Positions 1 through 10,950 of a stretch of 64,000 bases of DNA are shown in pieces. The notes below the pieces were generated by a model. That model saw only the letters and a program-made list of their open reading frames with translations, was not told the origin of the DNA and ran no database searches. Made by a program: the position numbers and the translations under genes. Source of the DNA: Stegostoma tigrinum (lineage: Eukaryota); contig NC_081393.1 of the NCBI RefSeq assembly GCF_030684315.1, positions 5,963,565-6,027,564 of the forward strand, written 5' to 3'. Every line of letters begins with the position of its first letter. Positions within the stretch are counted from its first letter, which is position 1.

Positions 1-5
1 AACAT
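1..5 (-). CDS. PCNA: Probable start of PCNA coding region (ATG TT., continues off the left edge of the window)
   Basis: Reverse complement of 1-17 is CTCCGTGCCAAG-ATG-TT (A at -3). PCNA begins Met-Phe, and human PCNA lies head-to-head with CDS2. Only 5 coding bases are visible, so the call rests on synteny plus the promoter and intron architecture. Confidence 0.55.
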
Positions 6-17
6 CTTGGCACGGAG

Positions 18-93
18 CTGCCGCAGCAACAGGCAGGCAGGCAGACACAGAAAGAGGGAGAGGGTCACAGGCCAAGGAACTGCACAGCACTAC
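18..93 (-). other. Putative short 5'UTR intron of the minus-strand gene
   Basis: Minus strand reads GAG|GTAGTG (donor 93; alternative GA|GTGAGG at 98), then CTGTGAC, a long pyrimidine tract (CCTCTCCCTCTTTCTGTGTCTGCCTGCC...) and CAG| acceptor at 18, 12 nt before the ATG. Confidence 0.5.
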
Positions 94-115
94 CTCACTC
101 CCTCGGGCTGTGCAG

Positions 116-218
116 GAAATGAGAAGGCCTGCACTTCTGTCACTTCCTCATATAACCTCATGCAAATCAACCCTACCATATATGGTAACGGCGCGAAACC
201 CTGCTTCGTCATTTTAAA
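116..218 (-). promoter_or_regulatory. Compact core/proximal promoter of the minus-strand gene
   Basis: Inr-like TCATTTC (122-116); ETS GGAAGTG (147-141); TATA-like TTATATGA (155-148); octamer ATGCAAAT (160-167); CArG box CCATATATGG (176-185); E2F site TTTCGCGCC (198-190); half-CRE CGTCA (207-211). Confidence 0.55.
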
Positions 219-574
219 AGAAAGAGAAATAAAACCTTTTGCAATTTGGGTGTAAAGTCTTTAAATCAATTGCAAGCTGCACCTGGAGTTATGCAATATA
301 TTTCAACATGATACTCATGGGGCACTGTTATTTGCAAATAATTCTGCTCCAGGGCCAGCGGACAACAACACGGAAATTGTTGCATTTTGTGTTAATTTAC
401 GGTATGCAGTGTATCACAATTTCTACACATTTCAACAGCAAGGTCCAATGTTCACACAAAGGAATGATCATGTTAATTCATTGCAGTGAAAGAATGCCGC
501 GGCAGTTCTTTTTTGCGAAGGAACATTGGCCCTATTTCATGAAAACTTTTCATTCGTTTCTCTGTATCCAAAAA

Positions 575-1100
575 GTCGGCTGCAGACGCGCTCAGCAGCG
601 CCACTCTGCCACCCCTGGCGGCCGGAGGACGCATGTGGGAGGACCAGTTGAGGGAAGGCTTGTAGCAGCGCCGCTTTGCTGCCCCTGGCGGATGGAGGAC
701 CAGTGTGGGCGAAAACCGGGGAAAGAGCGGAACAGCGCCGCTTTGCTGCCCCTGGCGGAGGGAGGACCAGAGGGGCTGCGAGGACCAGAGTGGGAGGAGC
801 AACGGGACTGGGAGGACCAGGGGAGCTGGGAGGACCAGCGAGGCTGAGAGGAGCGGCTGAAGGGGGAACGTTGACAGCGGACGGAACCGGGAGCAAAGGC
901 GGTGAAAGGGGGAAAGTGCTGTCTCTCTCTCTGTCTGTGTGAGTGGATCCGGGGCGAGCGGCAACACCGAGCCGGGCCTCAGGCCCATCACCATGAGCGA
1001 GCTGAGGCGCCGGGGCCGCCTGGAAGACTCCACCGAGGAGCGGGTAAGAGGCGCGGCTCGATCGGCCGCTTCGGAGGGCCCCGAGGGCAGGGGCCAGCTC
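575..1100 (+). promoter_or_regulatory. CpG/GC-rich promoter and 5'UTR region of CDS2
   Basis: CpG-dense stretch immediately upstream of and spanning exon 1; E2F-like GGGCGAAAA at ~707-715. Confidence 0.6.
993..1043 (+). CDS. CDS2: CDS2 coding exon 1 (MSELRRRGRLEDSTEER)
   Basis: Kozak CACCATG; peptide resembles the CDS2 N-terminus (MTELRQR); donor CGG|GTAAGA, phase 0. Confidence 0.88.
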
Positions 1101-1107
1101 CACTACA

Positions 1108-2390
1108 CACCATCACCCCCACCCCCACCAACCATCACCCCCACCGACCATCACCCCCACCCCCACCAATCAACATCCCCACCAGCCATCACCCCCATCC
1201 CCACCAACCATCACCCCCATCCCCACCAACCATCACCCCCATCCCCACCAACCATCACCCCCATCCCCACCAACCATCACCCCCACCTCCACCAACCATC
1301 ACCCCCACCCCCACCAACCATCACCCCCACCAACCATCACCCCCACCAACCATCACCCCCACCAACCATCACCCCCACCGACCATCACCCCCACCCCCAC
1401 CAACCATTACCCATCTTCCCCACCAATCAACATCCCCACCAGCCATCACCCCCATCCCCACCAACCATCACCCCCACCCCCACCCCCACCAACCATCACC
1501 CCCATCCCCACCAACCATCACCCCCATCCCCACCAGCCATCACCCCCATCCCCACCAACCATCACCCCCATCCCCACCAACCATCACCCCCACCCCCACC
1601 CCCACCAACCATCACCCCCACCCCCACCCCCACCAACCATCACCCCCATCCCCACCAACCATCACCCCCACCTCCACCAACCATCACCCCCACCTCCAAC
1701 AACCATCACCCCCACCTCCAACAACCATCACCCCCACCTCCACCAACCATCACCCCCACCAACCATCACCCCCATCCCCACCAACCATCACCCCCACCAA
1801 CCATCACCCCCACCCCCACCTCCAACAACCATCACCCCCACCCCCACCAACCATCACCCCCACCTCCACCAACCATCACCCCCACCTCCAACAACCATCA
1901 CCCCCACCTCCAACAACCATCACCCCCACCTCCACCAACCATCACCCCCACCTCCAACAACCATCACCCCCACCTCCAACAACCATCACCCCCACCTCCA
2001 CCAACCATCACCCCCACCTCCAACAACCATCACCCCCACCAACCATCACCCCCATCCCCACCAACCATCACCCACACCCCCAGCCCCACCCCCACCAACC
2101 ATCACCCATCACCCCCACCCTCATCAGCCATCACCCCCACCAACCATCTTCCCCACCAATCAACACCCCCACCAACCATCACCCCCATCCCCACCAGCCA
2201 TCACTCCCACCAACCATCACCCCCACCCTCATCAACCATCACCCCCACCAACCATCAACCATCAATCATCACCCCCACCAACCATCACCCCCACCAACCA
2301 TCACCCCCAACCCCAGCAACCGCCACCCCCACCAACTGTCACCGTCACCCCCACAAACCGTCACCCCCACCCCTTCCATCACCCTCATCA
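1108..2390. repeat. C-rich minisatellite (units ACCAACCATCACCCCC +/- ATCCCC/ACCCCC/ACCTCC, 16-28 bp), decaying into a C-rich tract to ~3100
   Basis: Directly visible; source of the Pro/His/Thr-rich ORFs 902-3028 and 939-2465. Confidence 0.95.
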
Positions 2391-3629
2391 CCCCTTACTG
2401 CTCTGAAATACCCCCCACCCCCAACAACCCTCAGATACCCCATCCTCCACTCCACATCGTGCTAGACCCCAACACCCCACCCCTCCCCGCCCTCACTATC
2501 TCCCATCAAATAGCCCCCAATCAGTCCTACTGCCACAACCCCACCCACACCCCCTACCCATCACCCCTTACCCATCATCCCTTACCCATCACCCCTTACC
2601 CTTCACCCTCTTCCCCAGACAATCAGCCACACCGAAACGACTGCTGTGACCCCCAAATCCCTCCCTCCCTCACCCGACGATCAGCTGTACCTACACCAAC
2701 CCCTCCATCCAGTGACTGCCCCTCCCCCCACCCACCGCCCACACCGGTCACATCATCCGTACTGTCTCCCCTTTCCTCCATTGCACCCCCTACCCCACAC
2801 CCTCAAACACATCATGCCCCCTGCCCCAATCCGCTTCCAGACATGTCAAGACTCACACATCCCAGAGATTTCAGTGCCCCTGCCTCAACTCATTGCCCCA
2901 AACTGTCAGACACATCACCATCTCCATCTTATCATCATCCAGGTGGACTTCTAGCGTCATACCTCACTACCAGACACATGCCTCTTCCCTTCATCGCTCC
3001 CAGGTGCATCACTGTTCCCAGTATCTAACCACCCACCAACACCCAGACAATCCCTGAGCGCCATCTGCGATCACCTTTTCAGATATGAGCCCCTCCTTCA
3101 GACAGAACCACCTTGCCTGTCCTCCCCAAGACAGATCTTCAAAACACTCTTATCAAATGCTCCACGCCTGCCCACTTGACCCAATCCCACTCATCAGCAA
3201 GATCGCCAAATTATATCCAGAATGTAATTCTGGGATGGACAATGTCAGATGGTGTGTGGCCTGTTAGAGAATCCCAATTGGCTGAGAGCCTGGAATGGGT
3301 CTGATGGCCCCAATCTACCAACAAGTGAATCTGAGATGAGTGCAGTTTGTGATTATTCCTGGTAGACCTGGGATGTATTTGGGGCTGCTGAGTCTTGAAT
3401 CCCTGTCCTTCTGGAGGTGATTTCAGCAAAGTGACAGTGAGCCATGTTGTCAAAGGATCAAGTGGAAGAGGTAAGGGTCGATGACTTTGTCCCTTCAACT
3501 CTGACAGAACTCGGGAGAATGAAATCTCATTCATGGTTTGACATGGGATATTTTGAGGGCTGTTTTGACGAAGGCTTGGTTAAACATGACATATTGCGTT
3601 TTGGTTAAAAACAAGCAACAACAGGACTT

Positions 3630-4636
3630 GTACAATTAATGGTAGGACCAAGGTGGCGTTGTCGCACAGAGAGACTTAAGAGTTCAGGTACGAAATTCTT
3701 TGAGATTTGCATCACAGATCGACAATGTGGTTAAGAAGGTGTTTAGCATGCTTGCTTTCATTGTTCAAGCCTTTGAACGTAGGAGTTTGGATGCCATGTT
3801 GAGGTTATACAGGATGTTGACTCTTCTTGTAATGCTGTGTGCAGTTCTGGTTGCTCTGTAACAGGAAGGATGTTCTTAAATTGAAGAGGGTTCAGAGAAG
3901 ATTTACAAGGAATGGATGGTTTGAGTTGTGTAGTTAGGCTGGATAAGCTGGTACTTTTTTTGATCAATGTGTGTAATCATAGAATCCCTACAGTGTGGCA
4001 ACAGACCCTTCAGCCCAACAAGTCCACACTGATCCATCTTCCCTATAGCCCGCCTAAGTTCTACATCCCCTGAACGCTACGAGAAATTTAGCATAGCCAA
4101 TCCACCAACCCACACATCTTTGGAGGAAACTGACGCAGACACCGGGAGAGATTGTGCAAACTCCACACAGACAGTTGCCGAAGGGTGGAATTGAGCCTGG
4201 ATCCCTGGGGCTGCAGGGCTGCAGTGCGAACCACTGAGCTGCCCTTCACTGGAGTGTCGGAGGTTGAGGGGTGACCTCATAGGATTATAAAATCCTGAGG
4301 GGCGTAGATAAGGTAAATAGCAAAGGTCTCTTCCCTAAGGTGGGGTAGTTCAAAACTAAGGGCATATCTTTAAGGTGAGAGGGGAAAGATTTAAAAAGGA
4401 CATGAGGAGCGATTTATTTTTTACAGAGAGAGTAGTTCCTGTCTGGAATGAACTGCCAGAGATGGTGGTGAACACAGTTACTGTTACAACGGTTAAAATA
4501 CATTTGGATAAGTTCATGAATAGGAAAAGTTTGGACAGATATGGGCCAAATGCGGATATTTGGACGGGTTTAGTTTGGGAGCATGTTTGGCATAGACTGG
4601 TTGGACTGAAGTGTTTGTGTGCTGTGTGACTGTATG
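3630..4636 (+). mobile_element. Decayed CR1-type LINE 3' fragment interrupted by a SINE
   Basis: CR1 ORF2 C-terminal motifs (CVQFW, RRLRGDL, ...FFTERVVPVWNELP) on both sides of the 3977-4243 insertion. Confidence 0.75.
3977..4243 (-). mobile_element. tRNA-derived HE1/V-type SINE
   Basis: Reverse complement of the SINE copies at 19613, 29663 and 55803; tail ...GGGATTCTATGA. Confidence 0.8.
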
Positions 4637-5259
4637 AGGTTGAGAACAGCAACATTCAAAGTTAGATACAATGGTGACTGATATGTGAAACTGGGTATGT
4701 TAGAGAAGGATAAACGTGTGTGCAATTGTCAAGGAAATTAATCTGACAGCAGCAACATTTCCTGTTGTATATTGGCTTTAGGCAGGTTCACATGAAGTTT
4801 TCTTCATTCGTGCGTTGGGTTCCAAAGATTTCTGATGATTTATTTTTCACAAGTGACCTGTGGATGAGATTTATGTTGACGATCTTAGCAGCAGTCTGCA
4901 ACACATCCTGTGCTTTGTAGTCTTGAGCCCAGTATTGATATAATTGCCAATTGAATTTCTTGGACCTTTGCAGATTGGTGGACACTACTTTTGGTTTTCC
5001 CCCATTGAGTGACAGAAGTTCTTGCTGATCCCATCACAAAAAAAATCTGTCAGGTCACCCTTCACCTTTTCTCGAAGGGGCAAGAGTTCTATCTGTTCGA
5101 TCTTTCCCCATGTGTGCTACCTCTCAGCCTTGGTGCCATCCCAGTGAGCCTTTTTTCAACCTTCCTCCATCTCTTGATAACATGGAGTCCAAGACAGTAC
5201 GAAGTCCTCCCAGCTGCTGTCCTGCCAAGTTTCAAGGCAACTTGAACGATTGTCCTGAA

Positions 5260-5352
5260 AACGAAAAATGCTGGAAGTCACAGCAGGACAGGCAGCCTCC
5301 GTGGAGACAGACCAAGCTAACGTTTAAAGTCCAGATGACTTTCTTCAGAACG
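5260..5352 (-). mobile_element. Degenerate Penelope terminal-repeat fragment with decayed hammerhead-like motif
   Basis: Minus strand GTT-CTGAAGA-AAGTCATCTGGACTT-TAAAC-GTT-AGC (GAAA mutated to TAAA). Confidence 0.5.
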
Positions 5353-5535
5353 GAATGACTCTCCTTTGCTTTTCAGTTGTAGCTCTGTTGAAGTAAACAG
5401 CAAGTGCCTGATGGCCTGTTTTTACTGGCTGCTTGCGTAGCTGGGTGTTTTGATGCTGGATCCTGTGCCTTTTTCCCCTCCACTTTGACTCTGTTTACCT
5501 TGTGAGATGACCACCTAGGTTTGATGGTATCTGTG

Positions 5536-5689
5536 ATCAGAGATAATGGGAACTGCAGATGCTGGAGAATCCAAGATAACAAAGTGTGGGGCTGGATGAA
5601 CACAGCAGGCCAAGCAGCATCTCAGGAGCACAAAAGCTTTTGTGCTCTTAAGATGTTGCTTGGCCTGCTGTGTTCATCCAGTCCCACAC
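5536..5689. mobile_element. Fold-back Penelope pLTR mini-insertion with 16-bp TSD
   Basis: ~56-bp inverted arms centred on AAAAG|CTTTT (5636/5637); flanking direct repeat TTTGATGGTATCTGTG at 5520-5535 and 5690-5705. Confidence 0.88.
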
Positions 5690-6234
5690 TTTGATGGTAT
5701 CTGTGGCTGGCCTGATAAATACAGGCCACGTGGATTTTTTAATGTCAGAGGAAGTGTGTTTCTTGCATCAGGCGCTGTGCCTGCTACTGTTTGCACATTA
5801 GGATCCTGTTGAGGGACACATTCCATATCGTTATCTCACCTCGAAATGTTGTGTCTCAATGATCCTGAGCACCTTCTCTTTGCTGTCTGTTAGCTTCGCG
5901 TTGCCTGCTTTTGAATGTTGTAAATAAGGGAAAATGCCACCGTCTTTTATTTGATTAATTCATGTCCCTAAATGAGTAGTTCAATTTCTTTTTGCATTGG
6001 CCAAAGAAATTGTTTTTGAAATAAATTGATTGCTTTGAAATTATTTGCGAATTTCAATCTCGATCTTGGTTTCCAACATGGCTATGCTTTGCTCATTTTC
6101 TCTTGAATGTGAATTTAAACCCTATATGTAGGGAAAGATGTGCTGGTTTTAGAGTAAAGTCCAGAGGATGTTGACAAGAATGACCCCAGGGAGGTCTATA
6201 GGTCAGTACTGGATGGTGTTGAGAAGGATGATGG

Positions 6235-6600
6235 GTGATCTGAAACTTGCAGAATATTGAGATGCCCGGGTAGAGTGGATGTGATGAAGATGTTTCCACA
6301 GTAGGAGAAACGAGGACCCGAGGTCTCAGACTTAGAGTGAGGTGGCGACCCTTTACAATTGAGATGAGGATGAATTTCTAAAGCCAGAGAATGGTGATTC
6401 TGGGCAATTCATTGCCATAGAAGGCTGTGGAGGTCCTTCACTAAGTTTATTTAAGACAGAGATGGATAGTTTCTTGGTTGCTAAGGAGATCAAATATACA
6501 GGGAGCAGACAGGAGAATAGGGTTGAGAAACATATCAGCCATGATCAAATGGCAGAGCTGAATCTGGGCAGATAGGCTGAATTCTGCTTGCAGTATCTTG
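6235..6600 (+). mobile_element. CR1 LINE 3' fragment
   Basis: Similar to the 3' end of the CR1 at 14935-15550 (GAGATGAGG..AATTTC..AGCCAGAG..CAGCCATGATC). Confidence 0.7.
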
Positions 6601-9015
6601 GGGTGCAAATGCAACATAAAAGCTTCTGTTTTGATGTGTTCTAACTGGTTGATTTTGAGGAAAATTCCTTGAATGTTTTCCATTTTGAAGTTTGTCTTTG
6701 TTGGGCGGAGGAAAGCAACTCAAATAGGAAATGAAGGTTTGGAACTCAACTCCAGAGGTTTGGTTTGTTTCTTGAGATGTGAATACGTTGTTATTAGTTT
6801 GAAGGAAATGTCTTGCTGAGCTGGGCCCCTATGATGGTGTATGTACACTGATGTTGACTATGAGAGAGTGAACAGGCAAACGGTGGTCATCTCTTCACAG
6901 TGTGGTTACCTGTCTCTCAGGAAACTGACCTTCAAACTAAGTCTTCAGAGCAAGACCGTTGTAGGCAAATGAAGTGCTCTGTTATACACAGAAGCTGAAG
7001 GCGTTGATAATATCAGAACGAGAACATTTACTTTCTGAAGCCAATAGTCCTTGTTGTAGTTTGTTGTCTTGGCTTATATTCGATACTGAGAATAATTAGC
7101 CACAGCAGATTTAATCTCCATGTAGTTATTGCAATTGAGGGCAGTTTCTGCTGGCTGCTGTGAATTGAGATTAGCCTGAGAGGTCAATCATGATGAGCCT
7201 GTGCAAGCAGTGACCAGGACCTTGCTGAAACTAAGATGAGGCTAAAGAACTGGCAGAAGCTGACAAACTGATGCATTCATTGATGCACTGATGGCATCTG
7301 GTGGGTGTCCTACTGGATCTATTGATAGACACGGTGACACTGCAGAGGACACATGGAGGAAGCTGTTCTCCAAACAATTTTCTCTGTGAGTGTCAGAAGC
7401 TGTGTCATTTCTACTCTAATCAGCCTGTTAGACAGTGTCGTAAGGATTGCTGTGCTCATCCCTTGGACCCTCGCTGCCTCACATCCAGATTGGAACAGTC
7501 AAAGTTTGAGCGTTATCCCCAGCTCACTGCAATGGACGCCACTTAAAGTTCACTGCGATGGAACATGGGACAATGTGTTGGTCACAATCGTGATAGAGAA
7601 CATCGATTTTCAAATTCCCACCATCTGGTTTTAATGCCTGAAATTGTTGTGGACTGAAGCGGTTTGATAAGGTAAGTACACCAACTTAAAATGGTCACAG
7701 CAATCAGCTGACCCTACAGGTTAGCTTAGCAATGTGAAACCATAGAACAAGTGAAATTAGCTGAACTGACATGGATATTTTATCAAAAGTTGCTGAAACT
7801 CAATCAGGTGTTGATAAACTGATACCTCCTGTTTTGATTTACACCTGACTGATAAGTTTCAGATCTTGGAGATGAAAGACATCATGCTCAATTACAAAGC
7901 CTGGAAACAAGGAACTTGGATATTGGAGTACACAGTCCCTTTTCTATCGTAGCAGCTGCAGCAAAGGTCACTGCACACTCTGGTGTGATGCAGTGTACGG
8001 AGCTGAGGGCTTGATATATTCCACAGTCAAGCAACAGGCAGCAAAGCAAGATTGTGAAAGCCAGCTGGCCCATGTGAATTTATGATCCTTTTTACAAGGA
8101 AGTCAGGCACCGAAGGTGGTATTGATGGAGGGCAAAAAAGAAGGATCAACTGGTTATGGAAAGCCAGGAACTGAGAAGGAATCGGGGCTCATACGGGGTC
8201 CTCAGTGCCTGCAAAACTGTTCACTCTGATGTTTAAGATTATCTACTCACTCCCATTTCTCTCTCAAATCATACAGTGAAGCAGTGTCACTGCCAGTGAG
8301 ATTTCACTATTATGTTTTCCACTTACCATCTGTGGAAAGTCAAAGTTCACATCTCCTCACAGATGTTCATTTTACTGCTATTTTGGTTCACATCTCAAAG
8401 CAATGATTAATGGGCTTTTAATGTGCAGTGATAAACAGATTAAACATTGTAACTTCAGCTCTTAAAGTCAGCCAGATGACACAATTTCTTCTGGACAGAC
8501 AGAGACTTGCATTTATGTAACCCCTTTCACCTTCTCAGGATGCTCCAGTAGATTTTCCAGTCCGTTGTCAGAAGCAAGCCAAACAATTTGTGCATAGTTA
8601 AGTTCCCACACACACAAATGTGACACAACAAATGCATAACCTGTTTATGGCAAGATCATCGAAAGATAAATATTGGACTGGACACTTGGGAATTGTGCTT
8701 CTCCTTTCACACAATAATGCCCTTGGATGTCTTAATACACTGTTGAGAACAGACATGGACTTGGGCTATTGTCTCAGCACCTCCAATAGTGCAACTCTCC
8801 CTCATTTGTCACAGCTTCAGTTCTTTGCCTGAAGCCCTGGGCTGTGTGGGCCTTGAACCCACACCCTTTAGACTCCGAGGCATGTTCAGGATGACACTGA
8901 CTGAAGCACAGTTCCTTTTGGTTTGAGACCTGCTGACTCAGTGGCATTGCAGCATCGCCCACTGTTTTGTCTGCGATACTGTGTTCCTGGAAGAACAGAG
9001 CCTGCCCCAATTGCA

Positions 9016-9596
9016 TCAGTGATAATGGGAACTGCAGATGCTGGAGAATCCAAGATAATAAAGTGTGAAGCTGGATGAACACAGCAGGCCAAGCAGCATC
9101 TCAGGAGCACAAAAGCTGACGTTTCGGGCCTAGACCCTTCATCAGAGAGGGGGATGGGGTGAGGGTTCTGGAATAAATAGGGAGAGAGGGGGAGGCGGAC
9201 CGAAGATGGAAAGAAAAGAAGATAGGTGAAGAGGAGAGTATAGGTGGGGAGGTAGGGAGGAGATAGGTCAGTCCAGGGAAGACGGACAGGTCAAGGAGGT
9301 GGGATGAGGTTAGTAGGTAGGAAATGGAGGTGCGGCTTGGGGTGAGAGGAAGAACAGGTTAGGGAGGCAGAGACAGGCTGGGCTGGTTTTGGGATGCAGT
9401 GGGGGGAGGGGACGAACTGGGCTGGTTTTGGGATGCAGTGGGGGAAGGTGAAATTTTGAAGCTTGTGAAGCCCACATTGATACCATTGGGCTGCAGGGTT
9501 CCCAGGCGGAATATGAGTTGCTGTTCCTGCAGCCTTTTGTGCTCCTGAGATGCTGCTTGACCTGCTGTGTTCATCCAGCTTCACACTTTATTATCT
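9016..9596 (-). mobile_element. 5'-truncated Penelope-like element 3' end with inverted partial pLTR and 14-bp TSD
   Basis: Body 9016-~9530 on minus (encodes the EN C-terminal LQEQQLIFRLGTLQPNGINV); inverted pLTR piece 9531-9596; TSD CTGC(C/T)CCAATTGCA at 9002-9015 and 9597-9610. Confidence 0.88.
9116..9145 (-). ncRNA. Minimal type-I hammerhead ribozyme motif (intact core)
   Basis: CUGAUGA-A-GGGUC-UA-GGCCC-GAAAC-GUC/AG: conserved CUGANGA and GAAA boxes, stem II and GUC cleavage triplet. Minimal hammerheads are an established feature of Penelope-like element pLTRs. Confidence 0.75.
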
Positions 9597-10476
9597 CTGC
9601 TCCAATTGCAGTTGTGTATATTGAGGTTTTACGAGGAGGAGGGCGAGACTGGGTTTGGCTGTGACACCCAGTACTGCCTAATAGCCTGCTGGGATTTGCT
9701 TGACTCTGACTTGACAAACTGGTCGGGCAGCTTGCAAGAGCCCATGCCTCCAATGGAGAGGAAACTGCAGGGGACGTGGACGTGAATCCAGTCTGTATTT
9801 GCAATGGACTTGCAGCTTTTTCCACTGACCTCTGGCTCAAAACTGCACACTGGAGGTTCAGGTTAAATCACACAGTGGTCAAATCATGAACGCACTGAAT
9901 GAAAATAATGGGTTCCATTTTTGTGGAGTGGCTTTGTCCCACATTTACCTGTCTGATATTTTTAAACTCAAGGCATGAATTGGTCCTCACCTACGCTCCT
10001 TTTAAAATAGCATTCCCCTACAATTCATACTGAGCCTTGTTGACTAAATCTTGTTGCTGAATGTTAGACTGGCCCCACGTGAGCAGTGATTCAGTAGCCT
10101 CACTGTCAGCAGTGTACGACGAAGCAGGATAGCAGCCAGATCTGAGAACCTGCCTTCCCATTCTGCCTGAGAAGGTTGGTAGATAAAATTCTGCGTGCTA
10201 TTGTAGTCTGAAGCGAGGGATGACAAGGGAGAAGTTCAGTTGACCTGTGGTGAGGCTGCCAGTTAAGGCGGCATTGCTGCATCAGAAACACTGACAAGAG
10301 TGGGAAGCAGCTGGCGAAAGGTGGAATTGAGATCGCAACACTTTGCATTCGGTGCTGCATGGTGCATGACTAAAGAACACACTGACAATGATCATGATGA
10401 GGGCAGGAAAGGTAGGGGGGTGTGGTTGTTGCTGTGGGGGGGAAGGCATATTGTAACAAACAGGCTTGGTCATGGT

Positions 10477-10558
10477 CTAGGCCCGAAACGTCTGCTTTTG
10501 TGCTCCTGAGATGCTGCTGGGCCTGCTGTGTTCATCCAGCTTCTCATTTTATTATCTT
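10477..10558 (+). mobile_element. 82-bp pLTR fragment insertion with 15-bp TSD (partial hammerhead)
   Basis: TSD AGGCTTGGTCATGGT at 10462-10476 and 10559-10573; an uninterrupted copy of the same site exists at ~12657-12803. Confidence 0.88.
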
Positions 10559-10950
10559 AGGCTTGGTCATGGTGCTCCGTTTTGTAGAGGAGGGTAAGGT
10601 ACACAGGTTTATGAGACAGTTACAAAGCTGGGAAGCTTAGTGGTGCATGCTCTGACCTGCTGCTCATTTTTATGTGTTGTTCTGCTCACAAGCACCAGGT
10701 AATGAGCAGGAAGGAAGACTTGCAAAGATCATTTATTTGCACTGAAAAAGAATAAAGGGCAAGTTGCCACACAAGATTAAAGTAAGATCAGAAAAAAATG
10801 TCGAAGTGGTGAAGTTGAGTCCAGGAGCCAATTTAAATGCAAAATTAACTAGCTGTCTTAAGGAAGTTCTTTCATTTCTGGCCCAGAGAGTTGAAATACT
10901 GTGAATTCACTTCTAGAGCCAGAAGCCTCATGACAACAGGTTATAGTCCA

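Noticed and set aside
473-1103. Minus-strand 186/188-aa ORFs
   Set aside because: GC-rich promoter DNA with low stop frequency; no recognisable protein.
902-3028. 708-aa and 508-aa Pro/His/Thr-rich ORFs
   Set aside because: Read-through of CDS2 exon 1 into a stop-poor C-rich minisatellite; a strong splice donor sits at 1044.
6911-6965. TCTCTCAG|GAAACTGAC (ETDL...) resembling the start of a CDS1-type exon 2
   Set aside because: Nearby GT donors give 37 or 40 nt (frame-breaking), and exon 1 joins exon 2 in frame without it.
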